A DNA stretch of 64,000 nucleotides from IMG/VR virus record IMGVR_UViG_3300013102_000002, positions 110,511 through 174,510 of that record; one strand, given 5' to 3'. The notes under the pieces are model-generated. The model did not search any database. It saw nothing but the letters and a program-made list of their open reading frames with translations, and was not told the DNA's origin. A program made the position numbers and the translations under genes. This DNA comes from a virus. Numbering within the stretch: position 1 is the stretch's first letter; every line of letters starts with the position of its first letter. Positions 1-9,617 of the stretch are shown here, in pieces.

Positions 1-2
1 AG

Positions 3-413
3 AATGAAAAGAAAGTTGCAAAGGTTGAACCAAAAGAAATTTCAACAATTGCTGAAGAATACAAAGATTTTGAACAAGAATTAACGCCAGATAGTACATG
101 GGATACATATATTATTACTGCGTATGAGAATGGTGTAAGCTCTACAGGGAAGCGTCCAGGAGACAAGGGGTATTCGATTACTAGGTCAGGCAAAAAGACC
201 GTGCAAGGCGTTACAGCGGCTGGAGATTTGAGTAAATTACCACTTGGAACAATAGTTTATATCGAATCAATTGGGTATCGCACAATACTTGATTCAGGGT
301 CAAAAGTAAAAAATAAACATATTGATGTATTTATGGAGTCATATGATGATTGTATGGAGTTTGGGCGGCAGAAGCTTAAGGTCAAAATCATTAAAATGGG
401 AGAGTTGGATTAA
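3..413 (+). CDS. 3D-domain (MltA-like cell-wall) protein, 5' truncated by window edge
   Basis: Frame open from position 3. Motifs ITAY...ITRSG...AAGD..LPLGT.VYIE..G.R...DSG...HIDVF fit the 3D domain. Confidence 0.8.
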   Translation, partial: NEKKVAKVEPKEISTIAEEYKDFEQELTPDSTWDTYIITAYENGVSSTGKRPGDKGYSITRSGKKTVQGVTAAGDLSKLPLGTIVYIESIGYRTILDSGSKVKNKHIDVFMESYDDCMEFGRQKLKVKIIKMGELD

Positions 414-958
414 TGAAGAATAAAGTTTTCGTACTCATGGCCTACAGCGGTGCGGGGAAGACGGAGATTGCTAAAGAGTTAGAAAAACACGGTTACGATG
501 TTTTGCAGTCGTATACAACGAGACAGCCGCGCTACAAAGGCGAATACGGGCACATGTTCTGTTCGGTAGAGGAATATGAACAGTTTGAGAAAAACGGTGA
601 AGTTGCTGCGTATAGTTTGATTGAGGGGAATCATTATTTTAGCACAAAAGATCAGATTAAAAACAGTAAAAACAACCTCATTTATGTTTGCGATCCAGAT
701 GGAATCAAAGACCTTAAAGAAAAAGTTCCAGATGTTGAGTTTATCACAATCTACATCAAAGTAGATAAAAAAACTCGTTGGAGACGGATGGTAGAACGTG
801 GAGATAGCACAGATAAAATTCTTAGTCGAGTTACAACTGATGGAATTAAGTTTGCAAAAAAACGCTTTGATTACCAAGTCATCAATTATGAATTTGATAA
901 AGCAGTAAAGATAATCAAGAATATTATTGAGGTGGAAAACGAACAACCATTAAATTAA
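413..958 (+). CDS. gmk: guanylate kinase-like protein
   Basis: P-loop AYSGAGKT, SYTTRQPR..E, DPDG and R...RGD motifs. Confidence 0.85.
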   Translation: MKNKVFVLMAYSGAGKTEIAKELEKHGYDVLQSYTTRQPRYKGEYGHMFCSVEEYEQFEKNGEVAAYSLIEGNHYFSTKDQIKNSKNNLIYVCDPDGIKDLKEKVPDVEFITIYIKVDKKTRWRRMVERGDSTDKILSRVTTDGIKFAKKRFDYQVINYEFDKAVKIIKNIIEVENEQPLN

Positions 959-1165
959 AAAGGGAAGTGATGATATGTTTCCTGTTGATTTAGAAATTTT
1001 CAAGGACGTTCTTGATGCGGTTGTTAGTGGAGACTATACATATAGCGAGTTGTTGGAGTTAAGAGACAAGTTGAAAGACGTAGCGGACTATGTAGAACGG
1101 TTGTTAGATGAAGAGTAAATGATGATAAAACTGTTAATTTATGAAGAAATTAAAGGAGGATAAAA

Positions 1166-1372
1166 ATGGATAAATATGAAGTAGGATCAAAAGTGATGTT
1201 GCTTGAAAGTAGTTATGCAGAAAATTTGGGGATCACAGGAATGACCGGATACATTATTGATGAAGATAGTGATCATTATGATTATGCAGTAGAATATTCT
1301 CTTCCAAAACTGAATAGAAAAATGAAGGACTTTTTCAATCACAAAGAACTAACTTTAGTCACTGAGGATTAA
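1166..1372 (+). CDS. hypothetical protein
   Basis: ORF with GGAGG SD directly after repeat site 1125. Confidence 0.7.
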   Translation: MDKYEVGSKVMLLESSYAENLGITGMTGYIIDEDSDHYDYAVEYSLPKLNRKMKDFFNHKELTLVTED

Positions 1373-1416
1373 TAATGAACAAACCTAAGAAAAAATTGGT
1401 ACTAGGGGAGAATAAA

Positions 1417-1680
1417 ATGGAAACGAAACTTGGCGAATGGGCTGAAAGTATTAATGCCTTTTGGTGTGGTGGGAATGGTATGGAATGTGTTGCACGAAAA
1501 GGGGCTTTAGAGGTACTTGTTTATGACTGCGACCAGTATCCATGTCCACCGAATTACGTAGTTTTGTTGGGGATGGGGCGAAGAATTAGAACGCTGGATG
1601 ATTTCAACGAAGCATTAACCAGTGGAGTACGGATGAAAGCGACTTATGAAAAAGCTGGAACTGGAGCATTTGGAGATTAA
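1417..1680 (+). CDS. hypothetical protein
   Basis: ORF; start moved to the ATG after the GGGGAG SD. Confidence 0.6.
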   Translation: METKLGEWAESINAFWCGGNGMECVARKGALEVLVYDCDQYPCPPNYVVLLGMGRRIRTLDDFNEALTSGVRMKATYEKAGTGAFGD

Positions 1681-1729
1681 TTTCTTGATAAAAACCGCAT
1701 TTTATTTGAATATTTAAGGAGATGGTAGA

Positions 1730-1996
1730 GTGGATATTTTTCAAACTATTCAGAAGAAAGTAAATAAAATTGCCAAAGAGACATATAAATTGGATGAAGA
1801 TCCGCCAGAATTCATCGTCAGTCTATTATATGAAAAGGCAGAAAACGGCGCAAAGGATATTGATCATAAAATTATCCTAACCATTAAACATTGTGGATTT
1901 TCATTTAGCAAAGTGATTTTTCCTCAAACATCGCAAAGATACGGTTATGAATCTTTAGAAGAAGAAATGAAATATATGTATAACAAAACGATGTAA
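1730..1996 (+). CDS. hypothetical protein
   Basis: ORF with AAGGAG SD after repeat site 1688. Confidence 0.7.
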   Translation: MDIFQTIQKKVNKIAKETYKLDEDPPEFIVSLLYEKAENGAKDIDHKIILTIKHCGFSFSKVIFPQTSQRYGYESLEEEMKYMYNKTM

Positions 1997-2160
1997 GAGG
2001 TGAATCATGAGCATTGATAAAGATGGTTTTGGTAACGAAGTATGTTCTAAGTGTGGAGAAGAGATATATAACTCAGAGACATTGAGTAGGTGTTTGAGAT
2101 GTGGGAAATCGACTCCCAGAGAAATGAGCGGTAAGGAATATTATAAGAATAAATATATGG

Positions 2161-2538
2161 ATGGTGAAAATAATGAAAATTGAAGTGCCGCTATATAAGG
2201 AATCAGAAAAGTATATCAAAGAAACTTTTTCACGATACACCGAGAGTAGGGAGTTGCCATTTTCATTGACACTTGACAATTGCATTATCCATATGTATCC
2301 GCACAGTGATACATACGATGATAATGGCGAATTGAATGGTTATGTTGATGCCTTGTTTTTTAGAGCACATATATACGATGTGAAAAATGGTGTAGTTTAT
2401 AAATCTGAAATTCACGATGCAATTTTTACTGAAGCAAACTGTCAAATTAAATATTTTAAAGACATGAGTACAATGGTTCATTTTGAGAGACCAATTAATA
2501 TAATTATGGGCAGAGCAATTCACGTAATGAGTGTTTGA
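2161..2538 (+). CDS. hypothetical protein
   Basis: Co-oriented 125-aa ORF. Confidence 0.65.
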   Translation: MVKIMKIEVPLYKESEKYIKETFSRYTESRELPFSLTLDNCIIHMYPHSDTYDDNGELNGYVDALFFRAHIYDVKNGVVYKSEIHDAIFTEANCQIKYFKDMSTMVHFERPINIIMGRAIHVMSV

Positions 2539-2585
2539 TAATGGTTAATAAAATAAGGAATTGATTAGGAAAGGAGGGCTGCTTA

Positions 2586-2774
2586 ATGGAACTGAATGGA
2601 ATATATGTAGTTTTATTTAAACATCCAGATGATAATACAAGTTCTTGTCATCATTACAGGTTTGAAGGCAGGTGTGAGAACTTTGTTACAATAGGTACTT
2701 GTGCTTTTTCAAATGACAAAAAAGAAATGCTATTAGTTAACTATAGAGATATAGTTCAGATGAGATTAAAATAA
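2586..2774 (+). CDS. hypothetical protein
   Basis: AAGGAGG SD; lies between two degenerate repeat sites. Confidence 0.65.
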   Translation: MELNGIYVVLFKHPDDNTSSCHHYRFEGRCENFVTIGTCAFSNDKKEMLLVNYRDIVQMRLK

Positions 2775-2822
2775 CGCCTTACCAAATGGATCTTTTAAAT
2801 AGAAAGGATGAAATAAATACAC

Positions 2823-3104
2823 ATGAGTGAAACTAAAGTAGTTAATAAATATCACAAATTACCATATGACATCTATTGCGGCAGAGGATCTAAATGGGGA
2901 AACCCATTTGTTATAGGCAAGGACGGAGATAGAGATGAAGTGTGTGATAAATACGAAGAGTGGTTTCCTAGTCAAGAACACTTGGTCAAAGACCTGCATG
3001 AGTTAAAAGGGAAAACTTTGTGCTGCTTCTGTAAGCCTAAGAGGTGTCATGTTGATTTTTTAGCAAAAAGGGCAGATGAAACTAGAAAGGAAAGTGCCAA
3101 TTGA
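2823..3104 (+). CDS. DUF4326 family protein
   Basis: YCGRGSKWGNPF...DRDEVCDKY...LKGKTLCCFCKPKRCH signature. Confidence 0.85.
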   Translation: MSETKVVNKYHKLPYDIYCGRGSKWGNPFVIGKDGDRDEVCDKYEEWFPSQEHLVKDLHELKGKTLCCFCKPKRCHVDFLAKRADETRKESAN

Positions 3105-3283
3105 AAGAACTTATGGCTTACGTAAACATGATTAAAGATGTTCTGGATCGTGAATATGGGAAAGAAGTTATCTTCTATAGTGAAGGAGAGTGGTATTCAA
3201 GAGACCACTCTAGAAATATTACTGTTGAAGAACTAAGAGAATACCTGCTACAGCAAACATATAAAGGTGAGGATGCTTATTGA
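3101..3283 (+). CDS. hypothetical protein
   Basis: ORF overlapping the upstream stop. Confidence 0.55.
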   Translation: MKELMAYVNMIKDVLDREYGKEVIFYSEGEWYSRDHSRNITVEELREYLLQQTYKGEDAY

Positions 3284-3326
3284 GTCTTAATGAATTCATC
3301 ATTTCACGGAGAAAGGGAGAGGTAAC

Positions 3327-3563
3327 ATGAACGAATTTGAAGAATTAAAAGAGTATGAAGAGGATTATTTAAAAAGTAATTGGTCTCGTATGGACTTATT
3401 TTTAGCAGAAAAAATTAAAATGCAAAGTAGTGAGTTGGAGAACTTGAGGAAGTTTTATAGTTATTTTCGTGAATTGTATGGCGAAGGTCTGGAGGTAGCA
3501 AATTGGCACAAAAACGGAGATCTGGAACCATTTGATAACCTCTTTGATTCCGCCGAAGAGTGA
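3327..3563 (+). CDS. hypothetical protein
   Basis: SD present; bounded by repeat sites 3290 and 3563. Confidence 0.7.
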   Translation: MNEFEELKEYEEDYLKSNWSRMDLFLAEKIKMQSSELENLRKFYSYFRELYGEGLEVANWHKNGDLEPFDNLFDSAEE

Positions 3564-3597
3564 TAAAATAAAACTTTTATGAGGAGATGAGAAAAAT

Positions 3598-3909
3598 ATG
3601 AATATTAAACAAGTAGAAAAAATTAATGATTATTCAGCATGTACCGGAGACTTGCTTCTAACTAAAGATTCTAATGGGACAGAGCAATATTTATTATTTT
3701 GCGAATCTGATGCAAGTATAGTCTTTGACGAAGAAAGATTCAGCAAATTTTATTTTGTAAATATTAAATCAGGGTATATGTTTGAACAAGAATTGCATAG
3801 CGACGATGAAATTAAAGTGGGAACTAAGATTAATGGGTGTGGAGCAATTATTAAGATCGTACCCAGTGATGATATCGAAGTGTTATTGCACGAGTCTAAA
3901 TATAATTAA
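3598..3909 (+). CDS. hypothetical protein, paralog of 5829-6110
   Basis: GAGGAG SD; shares the TGDLL...EQYLLF.E pattern. Confidence 0.7.
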   Translation: MNIKQVEKINDYSACTGDLLLTKDSNGTEQYLLFCESDASIVFDEERFSKFYFVNIKSGYMFEQELHSDDEIKVGTKINGCGAIIKIVPSDDIEVLLHESKYN

Positions 3910-3942
3910 ATTTTGATTAATAGTTGAGAGGAGAAGGAGTTA

Positions 3943-4206
3943 TTGAAATTAATCAACTATCTTTTAGAAACTGACAAAGAAATTGAAACATATGAAATGG
4001 CTGCTAGTTTTCATGAGATGGAAGTTGAAGATTACATTAAAACTGGATATTGCCCTTCGGCATTTACTGTTTTTATAAATACAGTCTACAGTAAACCACT
4101 TGTTGCCGATAAAAAGCACAAAGATTCGTGTAAATATTCCAATCTAGAGGATCAAGATAAATGTAATGAATGTTGGAGCAGAAATATTCTTTTTGTTACT
4201 AAGTAA
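3943..4206 (+). CDS. hypothetical Cys-containing protein
   Basis: AAGGAG SD, TTG start. Confidence 0.6.
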   Translation: MKLINYLLETDKEIETYEMAASFHEMEVEDYIKTGYCPSAFTVFINTVYSKPLVADKKHKDSCKYSNLEDQDKCNECWSRNILFVTK

Positions 4207-4243
4207 AAATTAGAAAACATACATATGAAAGTGGGAAATAATA

Positions 4244-4531
4244 ATGGCAAACCTGTTACCAGAAGAAAAAGAAACAGTATGCACTACGGATGAAGAGAGC
4301 AAGGTTTGGAAAATCTATTCCATGTCAAAACCGAAGATTACGAAAATGCTTAAAGCTGGGTTTGTTCCAGTAAAAGTTGACGAAGAGGGCGGTCACTTCT
4401 TTGAAGTAGAGGATAATCAAGTTTCATTCAGAGCAAAAAGTACACGAGTTGTGAGCCAAGAACAGAAAGATGCTGCTTCAGAACGGTTTAAACAAATGTG
4501 GAAAGATAAACTCAATCAAGAGGAGGTTTAA
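4244..4531 (+). CDS. hypothetical phage protein
   Basis: ORF with SD. Confidence 0.7.
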   Translation: MANLLPEEKETVCTTDEESKVWKIYSMSKPKITKMLKAGFVPVKVDEEGGHFFEVEDNQVSFRAKSTRVVSQEQKDAASERFKQMWKDKLNQEEV

Positions 4532-4532
4532 T

Positions 4533-4901
4533 ATGGACGCTGAAACTAAAGTAAGAACCGATTCTCAACGGTTAAAGATTCTCAATCTGCTACGGTCTGC
4601 CGGAACAAGCGGCGTAACTATTGTGGATTTAGCCAAGATTGCCAAACGCTATAACGCACGTATTCAAGAAATGTACGTTGAAGGGTATGAGATCAAGGTC
4701 GAAGATTTGGGTGGAGGTTTGACTAAATACACACTGGTAAAAGAGCCTGAAACAAAGAAAAGTAAACCAGAGAAGGCATTAAATGTTCTGATTGAAGGTA
4801 TTAAGAATAAATATAATGGTAATTTGAGTGTTGAACAATTGATTGAAGAGTTGAATAATAACAATTTTACAGTGAGACGGAATATCGGAACGTTTTGCTA
4901 A
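4533..4901 (+). CDS. putative winged-helix DNA-binding protein
   Basis: GGAGG SD; SQRLKILNLLR..G..GVT...L...A.RY.ARI.E...GY.I pattern. Confidence 0.6.
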   Translation: MDAETKVRTDSQRLKILNLLRSAGTSGVTIVDLAKIAKRYNARIQEMYVEGYEIKVEDLGGGLTKYTLVKEPETKKSKPEKALNVLIEGIKNKYNGNLSVEQLIEELNNNNFTVRRNIGTFC

Positions 4902-4918
4902 AATAAAGGAGAGATTAG

Positions 4919-5317
4919 ATGAAGAAAATAAAAGTTATCTGTAACAAATGCGGAAAATCAATCAAACGCTCTTATGATGAAGACTTTAAAACAATCAATC
5001 TGGATTTTGGGTATGAGAGTAGTTTTGACGGAGAGACTTGGAGTTTCGATCTGTGCGATGATTGCTTAGAGGAGATGATTAAAACATTTAAATATCCTCC
5101 GTCTGGATTTAAAATTGATAATCATTTATTACTAGATGATGACATGCATCAGAGAGTGTTTGAAGACTGGAAGATAACTGGCGAATGGGAAGATTTAAAA
5201 TATCATACATATGAACAGTTAGTAGATCTAAACGGTTATATGAGCGCAGGATACTTAAACACATATATCGAAAAGTATCACAAATTAATGCCCATGCTAG
5301 AAAATAATGATATTTAG
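4919..5317 (+). CDS. hypothetical zinc-binding protein
   Basis: CNKC and CDDC pairs; AAGGAG SD. Confidence 0.7.
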   Translation: MKKIKVICNKCGKSIKRSYDEDFKTINLDFGYESSFDGETWSFDLCDDCLEEMIKTFKYPPSGFKIDNHLLLDDDMHQRVFEDWKITGEWEDLKYHTYEQLVDLNGYMSAGYLNTYIEKYHKLMPMLENNDI

Positions 5318-5339
5318 TTTTGATCAAAGGAGAACTTAT

Positions 5340-5564
5340 ATGGGGAATGATCCAACCGTACTAGGAGCTGTCGATATAGTTAAGCTTGAACTCGAAGAAT
5401 TGGTTAGCAAGGGCGAAATAGCAAAAAGTTATTTAGATGAAGTTCTTTACGCTGAAAGAGATTACAAAAAAGGATTTAAAGACATTCCTGAAATGATCGA
5501 ATTGATTAATGACATTGCTCTGTTTTGCAGGGGCACCAGAGAGGATGTTGATGATGATTTGTAA
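5340..5564 (+). CDS. hypothetical protein
   Basis: Start moved to the ATG after AAGGAG; the ORF-track start lies inside repeat site 5307. Confidence 0.6.
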   Translation: MGNDPTVLGAVDIVKLELEELVSKGEIAKSYLDEVLYAERDYKKGFKDIPEMIELINDIALFCRGTREDVDDDL

Positions 5565-5799
5565 TAATACACACTGTTTATGGAATGCTTATGCAATGTG
5601 CTGTCACGAGAGCAAAGAAGGTTATGCAGCAGCAACACCTAATGAGTTGGATTGTTCATCATCACTACGTAAGGACTTTCAGGAGTCAATGTATCAAATG
5701 ATGGATGAAATTGATGAAATGATGATTAAGAGAAAGTTTATTGAGTTAGTTCAAATACATAAATTTGTAAGAGATCAAAGAAAAGTTGATAAAGTCTAA
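5509..5799 (+). CDS. hypothetical Cys-rich protein (true start probably near 5554)
   Basis: CNNTHCLWN...CCHE motif. Confidence 0.6.
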   Translation: MTLLCFAGAPERMLMMICNNTHCLWNAYAMCCHESKEGYAAATPNELDCSSSLRKDFQESMYQMMDEIDEMMIKRKFIELVQIHKFVRDQRKVDKV

Positions 5800-5828
5800 A
5801 TTTCGTGAAGAAAGGATGACTATTAATA

Positions 5829-6110
5829 ATGAAATTTAAGCGCATCGCACAGACAGATATTGAAGCCACAACCGGAGACTTACTAATTATTGAGTCAGAG
5901 GAAAGTGCTGAGTACTTTTTATTTTCTGAAAACAATAAACAGCCAGATGAAAAAGGCGTAGACGGAGTTGTTTTTACAGAGCTTAAGACTGGTATCTCAT
6001 ATGTAAAAATTATTCCAAGTTCATTGCCTATTAAAAAAGGAACACTTATTGATGATATTGGAATAATAAGAGAGGTTATTACTCAAGAAAAAATTGAAAT
6101 ATCGTTTTAA
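5829..6110 (+). CDS. hypothetical protein, paralog of 3598-3909
   Basis: TGDLLIIES...EYFLFSE. Confidence 0.7.
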   Translation: MKFKRIAQTDIEATTGDLLIIESEESAEYFLFSENNKQPDEKGVDGVVFTELKTGISYVKIIPSSLPIKKGTLIDDIGIIREVITQEKIEISF

Positions 6111-6140
6111 AACAAATTCACTAAGAATGGGAGATAGTTA

Positions 6141-7208
6141 ATGTATAGCGAACCAGATTACTACGATTATGAACGTGAACCCTCAGAAATTGAAAATGTG
6201 TTTTCAACTATGGTTGAAGCTGAAGTGACTAAGCGTACATCAAAGTATTTTGAAAAAATGAAACAGTTAGAAGACCAACACCTGACCGATGTTAAAAAAG
6301 TGCTTGAAATCAAAAACGAGAGAGATGAGTTGAAAAAGACTCACAAACAAAGTGAATCATTCAGTGTATTTAAATCACAGATCAATGATAAAAATATTGA
6401 GAATGTAGTATCATTCTTGAATCTTAATGAAGTTAAAATTGATTTTAACGGAATGGATAGTGAGCGAATTCCATCATGGTTTAAATTGATTGCAAAGTAT
6501 TATCCAGATCGAGACAAAATCTTCTCATTATTGGATTTGTTTGAAATAAAATATCCTGATTGGGCAAAGTCATTTAAGATGCCGTTTGATTATGGAGAGA
6601 AAGAACTGGATCTAATTTTCTTAAAACTTGGAAGGATGTATGTGTGTAATGGTTGCATATTTGATGGAAATATGGGGTTCTTCTATACTAATTATTCTAG
6701 ATATAAAGATATTAACATTTTATTTGATAAAGAATCTTCTGTTGGAATTCCGTGGAATCTATTCTTACAGAACAAACTTCTTACGACAGAAAAGTACTTT
6801 GATAAGATCATACAGGCATTTAAAGACAAAGAGAGACATTCTGTATATTTTTATAAGATTCAAGATTATCAAGAGTTGGTTCCAGAGCAAGCAGAAAGAT
6901 TGTTTGATTTTCTACCGATGAATAATCTCTACGACATTCATAAAATGTTCATTGAGTTGAATACGGACATTATTAAAAAGAAACCAGAATTAGCGAATAC
7001 ATATAAAGATAAGATGAGCGACAATCAGTACTCAAGTTTTTATTATTTGAACTTTCCTGTTGAAATGCAAAAAGACTTTATCAGAAATTACAGGGGGATG
7101 GGGAGATATGAGTCTAAATTTGATCTTATAAAAAAGATGAACATCTCCAAGGAGGATAAACTAGTGTTTCTGCAAGAGATTAATGAACAAATGTTAAGTA
7201 ATAAATAA
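6141..7208 (+). CDS. hypothetical protein with N-terminal coiled coil
   Basis: 355-aa ORF with GGGAG SD. Confidence 0.8.
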   Translation: MYSEPDYYDYEREPSEIENVFSTMVEAEVTKRTSKYFEKMKQLEDQHLTDVKKVLEIKNERDELKKTHKQSESFSVFKSQINDKNIENVVSFLNLNEVKIDFNGMDSERIPSWFKLIAKYYPDRDKIFSLLDLFEIKYPDWAKSFKMPFDYGEKELDLIFLKLGRMYVCNGCIFDGNMGFFYTNYSRYKDINILFDKESSVGIPWNLFLQNKLLTTEKYFDKIIQAFKDKERHSVYFYKIQDYQELVPEQAERLFDFLPMNNLYDIHKMFIELNTDIIKKKPELANTYKDKMSDNQYSSFYYLNFPVEMQKDFIRNYRGMGRYESKFDLIKKMNISKEDKLVFLQEINEQMLSNK

Positions 7209-7266
7209 ACTTCATAAATGATAGGTTTTATTATAACAAAAATACATATAAAAGGAGAAATAATTA

Positions 7267-7935
7267 ATGGAAGCATATGAATATCAAAACGAAGTAAATG
7301 AACTAATTGAGGATCAAGACGAACTATCTTATATTATCCAGGATGAGACATGGAAGGTACTAGACCTAGCAACTGCTGTATGGGTAGATGAGAAAATCCA
7401 TGAACGAGAAGTCAAGATTGCAGAAGTTGAAAAAGTTGCAGATGATAATATTACTGCACTGGAAGCGAAGATCGAGAAACTGAAGGCGTGGAAAGATGCT
7501 TCTACAAAGGTAGATAAGGATCGAATTACATTCTTCAAAGAACATCTACATATTTGGCATAGTAAATTGATTGATTGCGAAAAGCAAATAAATGAAGAGT
7601 TGATTGCTAAAGGTAAAAAAGAGAAGAAACTGAGCCTCACTGTCAAATTGCCGTATCGTAATTTGACTTGTCGTAATCAGAGTCCAGAAATTATTATCAA
7701 TGGCAAAGACACTTTGAACGCCAAAAAAGATGAAACGTTTGTTAAATACGTAAAAGAGAACAGTCCACAATACATTAAAACAACCGAAGAAGTTAAGTGG
7801 TCAGAATATAAAGACAGCCTCAATACAAGTGTGATCGATGGTGAGTTAATGTATGTAGATGAAAACGGCAGTCCAATTGAATTTATTAAACTTCAACAAC
7901 GTGGAGAAAAGTATGATTGGAAACTGACTGAATAA
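7267..7935 (+). CDS. host-nuclease inhibitor Gam-like protein (Mu Gam/Gp157-like)
   Basis: DLATAVW..EKI coiled coil, TVKLPY..L..R and IKTTEEVKWSEYK motifs. Confidence 0.7.
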   Translation: MEAYEYQNEVNELIEDQDELSYIIQDETWKVLDLATAVWVDEKIHEREVKIAEVEKVADDNITALEAKIEKLKAWKDASTKVDKDRITFFKEHLHIWHSKLIDCEKQINEELIAKGKKEKKLSLTVKLPYRNLTCRNQSPEIIINGKDTLNAKKDETFVKYVKENSPQYIKTTEEVKWSEYKDSLNTSVIDGELMYVDENGSPIEFIKLQQRGEKYDWKLTE

Positions 7936-7981
7936 TTTAATGAATAAAAATATGTACATAACAAAAACAACGTGGTATAAT
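7936..7981 (+). promoter_or_regulatory. sigma-A-like promoter with upstream TTTAATGAATAAA box
   Basis: TGTACA(7953)-17 bp-TATAAT(7976), extended TG. Confidence 0.7.
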
Positions 7982-8033
7982 GACATTAGATAAGTCGTTA
8001 TACCACGTTTTATTGTGAGGAGGGAAAATACAT

Positions 8034-8264
8034 ATGCGTAAACTTGGCGAAGATTTTGAAAAGTTAATGGAGGAAGCCAAAGAGATACCTGGAGTTAAAG
8101 AACGGTCGGAGAAACCGTTTCGTAAAAGCCGCGAAGAGATCCTTGAACTGGCAGACAAGTGGGGAATTGAATACGAATTGAATTCTGATAATCCTGGATT
8201 CTTTGTTGAAGATAAAGACGGTGTAGTAAGGAAAGTGAGTATTGAAGATATATTGTTTTTATAA
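8034..8264 (+). CDS. hypothetical protein
   Basis: GAGGAGG SD downstream of promoter 7953. Confidence 0.7.
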   Translation: MRKLGEDFEKLMEEAKEIPGVKERSEKPFRKSREEILELADKWGIEYELNSDNPGFFVEDKDGVVRKVSIEDILFL

Positions 8265-8294
8265 AAAAACCTTGAAAGGGAGGTGATATAATAA

Positions 8295-9473
8295 ATGTAT
8301 AAATCAATCTACATTCCAGTAAAAGCAAATAAAGCAGATATAGTTTATCTTTTTCAAACCAGAAGATTATCTGCCGAAGTATGGAATTTATGTGTCCAAC
8401 TTGACAAATCAAATAGAAAAGAAACTGGAAAGTCTCTTACAATGTCAGAAATTCAAAAGTTAACAAAGAAATGTGTGGGGCTACATGCCAAAGGTATACA
8501 TCATGTATCTCACAAATACCTATTTGCAAGAGACGCAATGTTTCGGTCTAGGGAGTCAGGTGTGGAAAGAGTCAGATTACCATATAAAAATAAGCGATAT
8601 TTCAATACTGGCTGGGACTACCAAAGTATAAAAATTGACTATGACAAGGGAATCATTTTTCTTGCTCGACAAAGTAGTATTGTTGACGGAAAAGTAAAAA
8701 GAAACCCCCGTGTAAAATGTTATGCAAGAACTATTCCAAAAAATATTGTAGAGATTGAATTAACGCACAAGGGGAAGTTGATGCTTTGTATTAAGTACAA
8801 AGAAGAAGATTATCTCGAAGTTAAACGTGAGAATGAGGCATCTATTGATCTTGGTGAAATTCACGCAATAACATCTATGTGCAACAATAAGAACGGAGTT
8901 ATAATTACTGGTCGAAAAATCCGAGAAATAAAACATCTAAGAAATAATAATTTATCCGTACTGCGTTCCAAAAGAAGCAAATGCACAAAGGGTAGTAGGC
9001 AGTATAGAAAATACTCTAGGGCAATTGCAAAATTACAGGTAAAAACAGATACCAGAGTAAATGACTGTGTTCACAAAGTTTCTAAACAATATCTTGATTT
9101 TTGTCTAACAAACAATATAGGCAAGGTTTATTATGGAGATCTTGATTCTGCCACACGCTCCACGAAGCAGAATAATAAAGGGAATAATCACGTTAGACAG
9201 AAATTGAGTCAATGGAATTACGGTGAACTAATGCGGCAAGTAGAAAATAAACTAACTCGTCACGGAATCAAACTAGAAAAGGTCAAAGAATATTATACCT
9301 CACAGAAGTGTCCACAATGTAAAACTCTGAATAAAGTTCATAACCGCGAATACAAATGTTCATGCGGATACAAGCAACACAGAGACATTGTAGGAGCAAT
9401 AAATATACTTAATGACAATGGTGGATACTCAATAGTGAGATATGAAACAAAATTGTATCTGCAAATTGCTTAG
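8295..9473 (+). CDS. tnpB: TnpB RNA-guided endonuclease (IS200/IS605 family)
   Basis: RuvC-I SIDLGE, VHKVS, YYGDL, E.YTSQKCPQC...CSCG zinc finger, RuvC-III HRDIVGAINI. Confidence 0.9.
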   Translation: MYKSIYIPVKANKADIVYLFQTRRLSAEVWNLCVQLDKSNRKETGKSLTMSEIQKLTKKCVGLHAKGIHHVSHKYLFARDAMFRSRESGVERVRLPYKNKRYFNTGWDYQSIKIDYDKGIIFLARQSSIVDGKVKRNPRVKCYARTIPKNIVEIELTHKGKLMLCIKYKEEDYLEVKRENEASIDLGEIHAITSMCNNKNGVIITGRKIREIKHLRNNNLSVLRSKRSKCTKGSRQYRKYSRAIAKLQVKTDTRVNDCVHKVSKQYLDFCLTNNIGKVYYGDLDSATRSTKQNNKGNNHVRQKLSQWNYGELMRQVENKLTRHGIKLEKVKEYYTSQKCPQCKTLNKVHNREYKCSCGYKQHRDIVGAINILNDNGGYSIVRYETKLYLQIA

Positions 9474-9576
9474 AGCATGAGCAGTAAATGTGGACGTAAG
9501 CCACCACTTGAACATGAGTGTAGCCTATGGATTACGCATAGGAAATTGATTCTAGTGTTTCACTAGATGAAACCTT
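9474..9576 (+). ncRNA. candidate TnpB omega-RNA / right-end region
   Basis: Non-coding, relatively GC-rich tract after the tnpB stop with hairpins CCTATG-N8-CATAGG and TCTAGTG-TTT-CACTAGA; boundaries uncertain. Confidence 0.5.
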
Positions 9577-9617
9577 ACGAAAGGCACGTTTTATCAAAAC
9601 TTTAAGGAGGTAGTAAC

